A stretch of DNA of 64,000 bases from Azolla caroliniana (Eukaryota > Plantae > Polypodiophyta): NCBI GenBank assembly GCA_043228905.1, contig JBHGNT010000006.1, positions 248,001 through 312,000 on the forward strand, read 5' to 3'. Below, one piece after another: positions 43,601-55,000 of the stretch; within the stretch, counting starts at the first letter, position 1; the number at the start of each line of letters is the position of its first letter. The translations under genes and the position numbers were made by a program. The notes beneath the pieces are model-generated. The model worked only from the letters and a program-made list of their open reading frames with translations. It made no database searches and was not told where the DNA came from.

Positions 43601-45456
43601 ATCACACGAGCCAGGTATGAACATTTTAATTTACTCAAGGGCTCCTCTCAACTCACTCCTCAAATTTTGTAATTACGTCATGTCTCTCGACCTGAGTTTT
43701 AAAATCTTGATTTTTTAATTACATATCATAGCTAGCGGTGTTAGCTTCGATTCGCATATTTGTACTCAAAAATCCGATATCACACGACCCAGGTATGAAC
43801 ATTTTAATTTACCTACTAGCTCTTCTCAACTCAGTCCTCAAATTTGGTAATTTCGTCATGTCTCTCGACCTGAGTTTCAAAATCTTGATTTTTTAATTCT
43901 ATATGATAGCTAGCGTTGTTAGCTTCGATTCGCATGTTTGTACACAAAAATCCGATGTCACACGAACCAGGTATGAACATTTTTATTTACCTACTAGCTC
44001 TTCTCAACTCACTCCTCAAATTTGATAATTTCGTCATGTCTCTCGACCTGAGTTTCAAAATCTTGATTTTTCTATTCCATATCATAGCTAGCGTTGTTAG
44101 CTTCGATTCGCATGTTTGTACACAAAAATCCGATATCACACGAGCCAGGTATGAACATTTTTATTTACTCAAGGGCTCCTCTCAACTCACTCCTCAAATT
44201 TGGTAATTTCTTCATGTCTCTCGACCTGAGTTTCAAAATCTTGATTTTTAAATTCCATATCATAGCTAGCGTTGTTAGCTTCGATTCGCATGTTTGAACA
44301 CAAAAATCCGATATCACACGAGCCAGGTATGAACATTTTAATTTACCTACTAGCTCTTCTCAACTCAATCCTCAAATTTGGTAATTTCGTCATGTCTCTC
44401 GACCTGAGTTTCAAAATCTTGATTTTTTAATTCCATATCATAGCTAGCGTTGTTAGCTTCGATTCGCATGTTTGTACACAAAAATCCGATATCACACGAG
44501 CCAGGTATGAACATTTTTATTTACCTACCAGCTCTTGTCAACTCACTCCTCAAATTTGGTAATTACGTCATGTCTCTCGAGCTTAGTTTCAAAATCTTGA
44601 TTTTTTAATTCCATATCATAGCTAGCGTTGTTAGCTTCGATTCGCATATTTGTACTCAAAAATCCGATATCACACGAGCCAGGTATGAACATTTTAATTT
44701 ACCTACTAGCTCTTCTCAACTCAATCCTCAAATTTGATAATTTCGTCATGTCTCTCGACCTGAGTTTCAAAATCTTGATTTTTTAATTCCATATCATAGC
44801 TAGCGTTGTTAGCTTCGATTCGCATGTTTGAACACGAAAATCCGATATCGCACGAGCCAGGTATGAACATTTTAATTTACCTACTAGCTCTTCTCAACTC
44901 ACTCCTCAAATTTGGTAATTTCTTCATGTCTCTCGACCTGAGTTTCAAAATCTTGATTTTTCTATTCCATATCATAGCTAGCGTTGTAAGCTTCGATTCG
45001 CATGTTTGAATACAAAAATCCGATGTCACACGAGCCAGGTATGAACATTTTAATTTACCTACTAGATCTTCTCAACTCAATCCTCAAATTTGATAATTTC
45101 GTCATGTGTCTCGACCTGAGTTTCAAAATCTTGATTTTTCTATTCCATATTATAGCTAGCGTTGTTAGCTTCGATTCGCATGTTTGTACACAAAAATCTG
45201 ATATCACACGAGCCAGGTATGAACATTTTAATTTACCTACTAGCTCTTCTCAACTCACTCCTCAAATTTGGTAATTTCTTCATTATTCTCGACCTGAGTT
45301 TCAGAATCTTGATTTTTTAATTCCATATCATAGCTAGCGTTGTTAGCTTCGATTCGCATGTTTGAACACAAAAATCCGATATCACACGAGCCAGGTATGA
45401 ACATTTTAATTTACCTACTAGCTCTTCTCAACTCACTCCTCAAATTTGGTAATTTC
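34610..45456. repeat. Tandem duplication of a 30-monomer unit (5339 bp)
   Basis: Offset 5339 = 30x178 - 1 for nine ORF-track pairs (35195/40534 through 39663/45002) and for GAGTGTCAAA 34800/40139. The junction lies within ~39949-40117. I found three SNPs (37111/42450, 37641/42980, 39769/45108). Confidence 0.95.
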
Positions 45457-48030
45457 TTCATGTCTCTCGACCTGAGTTTCAGAATCTTGATTTTTTTATT
45501 CCATATCATAGCTAGCGTTGTTAGCTTCGATTGGCATGTTTGAATACAAAAATCCAATGTCACACGAGCCAGGTATGAACATTTTAATTTACCTACTAGC
45601 TCTTCTCAACTCAATCCTCAAATTTGGTAATTTCGTCATGTCTCTCGACCTCAGTTTCAAAATCTTGATTTTTTAATTCCATATCATAGCTAGCGTTGTT
45701 AGCTTCGATTCGCATGTTTGAACACAAAAATCCGATATCACACGAGCCAGGTATGAACATTTTAATTTACCTACTAGCTCTTCTCAACTCAATCCTCAAA
45801 TTTGGTAATTTCGTCATGTCTCTCGACCTGAGTTTCAAAATCTTGATTTTTTAATTCCATATCATAGCTAGCGTTGTTAGCTTCGATTCGCATGTTTGAA
45901 CACAAAAATCCGATATCACACGAGCCAGGTATGAACATTTTAATTTACTCAAGGGCTCCTCTCAACTCACTCCTCAAATTTTGTAATTACGTCATGTCTC
46001 TCGACCTGAGTTTTAAAATCTTGATTTTTTAATTACATATCATAGCTAGCGGTGTTAGCTTCGATTCGCATATTTGTACTCAAAAATCCGATATCACACG
46101 ACCCAGGTATGAACATTTTAATTTACCTACTAGCTCTTCTCAACTCAGTCCTCAAATTTGGTAATTTCGTCATGTCTCTCGACCTGAGTTTCAAAATCTT
46201 GATTTTTTAATTCTATATGATAGCTAGCGTTGTTAGCTTCGATTCGCATGTTTGTACACAAAAATCCGATGTCACACGAACCAGGTATGAACATTTTTAT
46301 TTACCTACTAGCTCTTCTCAACTCACTCCTCAAATTTGATGATTTCGTCATGTCTCTCGACCTGAGTTTCAAAATCTTGATTTTTCTATTCCATATCATA
46401 GCTAGCGTTGTTAGCTTCGATTCGCATGTTTGTACACAAAAATCCGATATCACACGAGCCAGGTATGAACATTTTAATTTACCTACTAGCTCTTCTCAAC
46501 TCACTCCTCAAATTTGGTAATTTCTTCATGTCTCTCGACCTGAGTTTCAGAATCTTGATTTTTTAATTCCATATCATAGCTAGCGTTGTTAGCTTCGATT
46601 CACATGTTTGTACACAAAAATCCGATATCATACGAGCCAGGTATGAACATTTTTATTTACTCAAGGGCTCCTCTCAACTCACTCCTCAAATTTTGTAATT
46701 ACGTCATGTCTCTCGACCTGAGTTTCAAAATCTTGATTTTTTAATTCCATATCATAGCTAGCGTTGTTAGCTTCGATTCGCATGTTTGTACACAAAAATC
46801 CGATATCACACGAGCCAGGTATGAACATTTTTATTTACCTACCAGCTCTTGTCAACTCACTCCTCAAATTTGGTAATTACGTCATGTCTCTCGAGCTTAG
46901 TTTCAAAATCTTGATTTTTTAATTCCATATCATAGCTAGCGTTGTTAGCTTCGATTCGCATATTTGTACTCAAAAATCCGATATCACACGAGCCAGGTAT
47001 GAACATTTTAATTTACCTACTAGCTCTTCTCAACTCAATCCTCAAATTTGATAATTTCGTCATGTCTCTCGACCTGAGTTTCAAAATCTTGATTTTTTAA
47101 TTCCATATCATAGCTAGCGTTGTTAGCTTCGATTCGCATGTTTGAACACGAAAATCCGATATCGCACGAGCCAGGTATGAACATTTTAATTTACCTACTA
47201 GCTCTTCTCAACTCACTCCTCAAATTTGGTAATTTCTTCATGTCTCTCGACCTGAGTTTCAAAATCTTGATTTTTCTATTCCATATCATAGCTAGCGTTG
47301 TAAGCTTCGATTGGCATGTTTGAATACAAAAATCCAATGTCACACGAGCCAGGTATGAACATTTTAATTTACCTACTAGATCTTCTCAACTCAATCCTCA
47401 AATTTGATAATTTCGTCATGTCTCTCGACCTGAGTTTCAAAATCTTGATTTTTCTATTCCATATCATAGCTAGCGTTGTTAGCTTCGATTCGCATGTTTG
47501 TACACAAAAATCCGATATCACACGAGCCAGGTATGAACATTTTAATTTACCTACTAGCTCTTCTCAACTCACTCCTCAAATTTGGTAATTTCTTCATTAT
47601 TCTCGACCTGAGTTTCAGAATCTTGATTTTTTAATTCCATATCATAGCTAGCGTTGTTAGCTTCGATTCGCATGTTTGAACACAAAAATCCGATATCACA
47701 CGAGCCAGGTATGAACATTTTAATTTACCTACTAGCTCTTCTCAACTCACTCCTCAAATTTGGTAATTTCTTCATGTCTCTCGACCTGAGTTTCAGAATC
47801 TTGATTTTTTTATTCCATATCATAGCTAGCGTTGTTAGCTTCGATTGGCATGTTTGAATACAAAAATCCAATGTCACACGAGCCAGGTATGAACATTTTA
47901 ATTTACCTACTAGCTCTTCTCAACTCAATCCTCAAATTTGGTAATTTCGTCATGTCTCTCGACCTCAGTTTCAAAATCTTGATTTTTTAATTCCATATCA
48001 TAGCTAGCGTTGTTAGCTTCGATTCGCATG
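43370..48030. repeat. Tandem pair of related 13-monomer blocks (2314 bp)
   Basis: Offset 2314 for 43916/46230, 44806/47120, 45002/47316 and 45340/47654; AAGCTT variant at 44988/47302. Confidence 0.88.
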
Positions 48031-51000
48031 TTTGAATACAAAAATCCGATGTCACACGAGCCAGGTATGAACAATTTAATTCACCTACTAGCTCTTCTCA
48101 ACTCAGTCCTCAAATTTGGTAATTTCGTCATGTCTCTCGAGCTAGGTTTCAAAATCTTGATTTTTTAATTCCATATCATAGCTAGCGTTGTTAGCTTCGA
48201 TTCGCATGTTTGAACACAAAAATCCGATATCACATGAGCCAGGTATGAACATTTTAATTTACCTACTAGCTCTTCTCAACTCAATCCTCAAATTTGGTAA
48301 TTTCGTCATGTCTCTCGACCTGAGTTTCAAAATCTTGATTTTTTAATTCCATATCATAGCTAGCGTTGTTAGCTTCGATTCGCATGTTTGTACACAAATA
48401 TCCGATATCACACGAGCCAGATATGAACATTTTTATTTACCTACTAGCTCTTCTCAACTCAGTCCTCAAATTTGGTAATTACGTCATGTCTCTCGAGCTG
48501 AGTTTCAAAATCTTGATTTTTAAATTCCATATCATAGCTAGCGTTGTTAGCTTCGATTCGCATGGTTGTACTCAAAAATCCGATATCACACAAGCCAGGT
48601 ATGAACATTTTAATTTACCTACTAGCTCCTCTCAACTAACTCCTCAAATTTGGTAATTTCGTCATGTCTCTCGACCTGAGGTTCAAAATCTTGATTTTTT
48701 AATTCTATATCATAGCTAGCGTTGTTAGCTTCGATTCGCATCTTTGAACACAAAAATCCGATATCACACGAGCCAGGTATGAACATTTTAATTTATCTAC
48801 TAGCTCTTCTCAACTCAATCCTCAAATTCGGTAATTTCGTCATGTCTCTCGACCTGAGTTTCAAAATCTTGATTTTTTAATTCCATATCATAGCTAGCGT
48901 TGTTAGCTTCGATTCGCATGGTTGAATACAAAAATCCGATGTCACCGAGCCAGGTATGAACAATTTAATTCACCTACTAGCTCTTCTCAACTCAGTCCTC
49001 AAATTTGGTAATTTCGTCATGTCTCTCGAGCTGAGTTTCAAAATCTTGATTTTTTAATTCTATATGATAGCTAGCGTTGTTAACTTCGATTCGCATGTTT
49101 GAACACAAAAATCCGATATCACACGAGCCAGGTATGAACATTTTAATTTACCTACTAGCTCTTCTCAACTCAATCCTCAAATTTTGTAATTTCGTCATGT
49201 CTCTCGACCTGAGTTTCCAAATCTTGATTTTTTAATTCCATATCATAGCTAGCGTTGTTAGCTTCGATTCGCATGTTTGTACACAAATATCCGATATCAC
49301 ACGAGCCAGGTATGAACATTTTTATTTACCTACTAGCTCTTCTCAACTCACTCCTCAAATTTGGTAATTTCTTCATGTCTCTCGACCTGAGTTTCAGAAT
49401 CTTGATTTTTTAATTCCATATCATAGCTAGCGTTGTTAGCTTCGATTCGAATGTTTGAACACAAAAATCCGATATCACACGAGCCAGGTATGAACATTTT
49501 AATTTACCTACTAGCTCTTCTCAACTCAATCCTCAAATTTGGTAATTTCGTCATGTCTCTCGACCTGAGTTTCAAAATCTTCATTTTTTAATTCCATATC
49601 ATAGCTAGCGTTCTTAGCTTCGATTCGCATGTTTGAACACAAAAATCCGATATCACACGAGCCAGGTATGAACATTTTAATTTACCTACTAGCTCTTCTC
49701 AACTCACTCCTTAAATTTGGTAATTTCTTCATGTCTCTCGACCTGAGTTTCAGAATCTTGATTTTTAAATTCCATATCATAGCTAGCGTTGTTAGCTTCG
49801 ATTCGCATATTTGTACTCAAAAATCCGATATCACACGAGCCAGGTATGAAGATTTTAATTTACATACTAGCTCCTCTCAACTCACTCCTCAAATTTGGTA
49901 ATTTCGTCATGTCTCTCGACCTGAGTTTCAGAATCTTGATTTTTTAATTCTATATCATAGCTAGCGTTGTTAGCTTCGATTCGCATATTTGTACTCAAAA
50001 ATCCGATATCACACGAGCCAGGTATGAACATTTTAATTTACCTACTAGCTCTTCTCAACTCAATCCTCAAATTTGGTAATTTCGTCATGTCTCTCGACCT
50101 GAGTTTCAAAATCTTGATTTTTTAATTCCATATCATAGCTAGCGTTGTTAGCTTCGATTCGCATGTTTGTACACAAAAATCCGATATCACACGAGTCAAG
50201 TATGAAGATTTTAATTTACCTACTAGCTCCTGTCCACTAACTCCTCAAATTTGGTAATTTCGTCATGTCTCTCGACCTGAGTTTCAGAATCTTGATTTTT
50301 AAATTCTATATCATAGCTAGCGTTGTTAGCTTTGATTCGCATGTTTGAATATAAAAATCCGATGTCACACGAGCCAGGTATGAACATTTTAATTTACCTA
50401 CTAGCTCCTCTCAACTCAGTCCTCAAATTTGGTAATTTCGTCATGTCTCTCGACTTGAGTTTCAAAATCTTGATTTTTTAATTCCATATCATAGCTAGCG
50501 TTGTTAGCTTCGATTCGCATGTTTGAACACAAAAATCCGATATCACACGAGCCAGGTATGAACATTGTTATTTACTCAAGGGCTCCTCTCAACTCACTCC
50601 TCAAATTTGGTAATTTCGTCATGTCTCTCAACCTGAGTTTCAAAATCTTGATTTTTTAATTCCATATCATAGCTAGCGTTGTTAGCTTCGATTCGCATAT
50701 TTGTACTCAAAAATCCGATATCACACGACCCAGGTATGAACATTTTAATTTACCTACTAGCTCTTCTCAACTCAGTCCTCAAATTTGGTAATTTCCTCAT
50801 GTCTCTCGACCTGAGTTTTAAAATCTTGATTTTTTAATTCCATATCATAGCTAGCGTTGTTAGCTTCGATTCGCATGTTTGAACCCAAAAATCCGATATC
50901 ACACGAGCCAGGTATGAACATTTTTATTTACTCAAGGGCTCCTCTCAACTCACTCCTCAAATTTGGTAATTTCTTCATGTCTCTCGACCTGTGTTTCAAA

Positions 51001-51705
51001 ATCTTGATTTTTAAATTCCATATCATAGCTAGCGTTGTTAGCTTCGATTCACATATTTGTACTCAAAAATCCGATATCACACAAGCCAGGTATGAAGATT
51101 TTAATTTACCTACTAGCTCCTCTCAACTAACTCCTCAAATTTGGTAATTTCGTCATGTCTCTCGACCTGAGTTTCAAAATCTTGATTTTTTAATTCCATA
51201 TCATAGCTAGCGTTGTTAGCTTCGATTCGCATGTTTGAACACAAAAATCCGATATCACACGAGCCAGGTATGAACATTTTTATTTACTCAAGGGCTCCTC
51301 TCAACTCACTCCTCAAATTTTGTAATTACGTCATGTCTCTCGACCTGAGTTTCAAAATCTTGATTTTTTAATTCTATATCATAGCTAGCGTTGTTAGCTT
51401 CGATTCGCATATTTGTACTCAAAAATCCGATATCACACAAGCCAGGTATGAACATTTTAATTTACCTACTAGCTCTTCTCAACTCACTCCTCAAATTTCG
51501 TAATTACGTCATGTCTCTCGACCTGAGTTTCAGAATCTTGATTTTTTAATTCCATATCATAGGTAGCGTTGTTAGCTTCGATTCGCATGTTTGAACACAA
51601 AAATCCGATATCACACGAGCCAGGTATGAACATTTTAATTTACCTACTAGCTCTTCTCAACTCAATCCTCAAATTTGGTAATTTCGTCATGTCTCTCGAC
51701 CTGAG
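45677..51705. repeat. ~6-kb block, copy 2 of ~23965-29990
   Basis: Same ordered private variants at -21712, including the 1-bp deletion GTCACCGAG (~27234/~48945) and GATTCGAATG. Confidence 0.92.
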
Positions 51706-52079
51706 TTTCCAAATCTTGATTTTTTAATTCCATATCATAGCTAGCGTTGTTAGCTTCGATTCGCATGTTTGTACACAAATATCCGATATCACACGAGCCA
51801 GGTATGAACATTTTTATTTACCTACTAGCTCTTCTCAACTCAATCCTCAAATTTGGTAATTTCGTCATGTCTCTCGACCTGAGTTTCAAAATCTTGATTT
51901 TTTAATTCCATATTATAGCTAGCGTTGTTAGCTTCGTTTCGCATGTTTGTACACAAAAATCCGATATCACACGAGCCAGGTATGAACATTTTAATTTACC
52001 TACTAGGTCTTCTCAACTCACTCCTCAAATTTGGTAATTTCTTCATGTCTCTCGACCTGAGTTTCAGAATCTTGATTTT

Positions 52080-55000
52080 TTAATTCTATATGATAGCTAG
52101 CGTTGTTAGCTTCGATTCGCATGTTTGTACACAAAAATCCGATGTCACACGATCCAGGTATGAACATTTTTATTTACCTACTAGCTCTTCTCAACTCACT
52201 CCTCAAATTTGGTAATTTCTTCATGTCTCTCGACCTAAGTTTCAAAATCTTGATTTTTTAATTCCATATCATAGCTAGCGTTGTTAGCTTCGATTCGCAT
52301 GTTTGAACACAAAAATCCCATAGCAAGCGAGCCAGGTATGAACATTTTTATTTACTCAAGGGCTCCTCTCAACTCACTCCTCAAATTTTGTAATTACGTC
52401 ATGTCTCTCGACCTGAGTTTCAAAATCTTGATTTTTTAATTCCATATCATAGCTAGCGTTGTTAGCTTCGATTCGCATATGTGTACTCAAAAATCCGATA
52501 TCACACGACCCAGGTATGAACATTTTAATTTACCTACTAGCTCTTCTCAACTCAGTCCTCAAATTTGGTAATTTCGTCATGTCTCTCGACCTGAGTTTCA
52601 AAATCTTGATTTTTTAATTCTATATGATAGCTAGCGTTGTTAGCTTCGATTCGCATGTTTGTACACAAAAATCCGATGTCACACGAACCAGGTATGAACA
52701 TTTTTATTTACCTACTAGCTCTTCTCAACTCACTCCTCAAATTTGGTAATTTCTTCATGTCTCTCGACCTGAGTTTCAAAATCTTGATTTTTTAATTCCA
52801 TATCATAGCTAGCGTTGTTAGCTTCGATTCGCATGTTTGAACACAAAAATCCGATAGCAAGCGAGCCAGGTATGAACATTTTTATTTACTCAAGGGCTCC
52901 TCTCAACTCACTCCTCAAATTTTGTAATTACGTCATGTCTCTCGACCTGAGTTTCAAAATCTTGATTTTTTAATTCCGTATCATAGCTAGCGTTGTTAGC
53001 TTCGATTCGCATGTTTGAACACAAAAATCCGATATCACACGAGCCAGGTATGAACATTTTAATTTACCTACTAGGTCTTCTCAACTCACTCCTCAAATTT
53101 GGTAATTTCTTCATGTCTCTCGACCTGAGTTTCAGAATCTTGATTTTTTAATTCCATATCATAGCTAGCGTTGTTAGCTTCGATCTGCATATTTGAACAC
53201 AAAAATCCGATATCACACGAGCCAGGTATGAAGATTTTAATTTACATACTAGCTCCTCTCAACTCACTCCTCAAATTTGGTAATTTCGTCATGTCTCTCG
53301 ACCTGAGTTTCAAAATCTTGATTTTTTAATTCCATATCATAGCTAGCGTTCTTAGCTTCGATTCGCATGTTTGAACACAAAAATCCGATATCACACGAGC
53401 CAGGTATGAACATTTTAATTTACCTACTAGCTCTTCTCAACTCACTCCTCAAATTTGGTAATTTCTTCATGTCTCTCGACCTGAGTTTCAGAATCTTGAT
53501 TTTTAAATTCCATATCATAGCTAGCGTTGTTAGCTTCGATTCGCATGTTTGAACACAAAAATCCGATATCACACGAGCCAGGTATGAACATTTTAATTTA
53601 CCTACTAGGTCTTCTCAACTCACTCCTCAAATTTGGTAATTTCTTCATGTCTCTCGACCTGAGTTTCAGAATCTTGATTTTTTAATTCCATATCATAGCT
53701 AGCGTTGTTAGCTTCGATTCGCATATTTGAACACAAAAATCCGATATCACACGAGCCAGGTATGAAGATTTTAATTTACATACTAGCTCCTCTCAACTCA
53801 CTCCTCAAATTTGGTAATTTCGTCATGTCTCTCGACCTGAGTTTCAAAATCTTGATTTTTTAATTCCATATCATAGCTAGCGTTCTTAGCTTCGATTCGC
53901 ATGTTTGAACACAAAAATCCGATATCACACGAGCCAGGTATGAACATTTTAATTTACCTACTAGCTCTTCTCAACTCACTCCTCAAATTTGGTAATTTCT
54001 TCATGTCTCTCGACATGAGTTTCAGAATCTTGATTTTTAAATTCCATATCATAGCTAGCGTTGTTAGCTTCGATTCGCATATTTGTACTCAAAAATCCGA
54101 TATCACACGAGCCAGGTATGAAGATTTTAATTTACATACTAGCTCCTCTCAACTCACTCCTCAAATTTGGTAATTTCGTCATGTCTCTCGACCTGAGTTT
54201 CAGAATCTTGATTTTTTAATTCTATATCATAGCTAGCGTTGTTAGCTTCGATTCGCATATTTGTACTCAAAAATCCGATATCACACGAGCCAGGTATGAA
54301 CATTTTAATTTACCTACTAGCTCTTCTCAACTCAATCCTCAAATTTGGTAATTTCGTCATGTCTCTCGACCTGAGTTTCAAAATCTTGATTTTTTAATTC
54401 CATATTATAGCTAGCGTTGTTAGCTTCGTTTCGCATGTTTGTACACAAAAATCCGATATCACACGAGCCAGGTATGAACATTTTAATTTACCAACTAGGT
54501 CTTCTCAACTCACTCCTCAAATTTGGTAATTTCTTCATGTCTCTCGACCTGAGTTTCAGAATCTTGATTTTTTAATTCCATATCATAGCTAGCGTTGTTA
54601 GCTTCGATTCGCATGTTTGAACACAAAAATCCGATATAACACGAGCCAGGTATGAACATTTTAATTTACCTACTCGCTCTTCTCAACTCACTCCTCAAAT
54701 TTGGTAATTTCTTCATGTCTCTCGACCTGAGTTTCAGAATCTTGATTTTTAAATTCCATATCATAGCTAGCGTTGTTAGCTTCGATTCGCATATTTGTAC
54801 TCAAAAATCCGATATCACACGAGCTAGGTATGAACATTTTAATTTACCTACTAGCTCCTCTCAACTCACTCCTCAAATTTGGTAATTTCGTCATGTCTCT
54901 CGACCTGAGTTTCAGAATCTTGATTTTTTAATTCTATATCATAGCTAGCGTTGTTAGCTTCGATTCGCATATTTGTACTCAAAAATCCGATATCACACGA

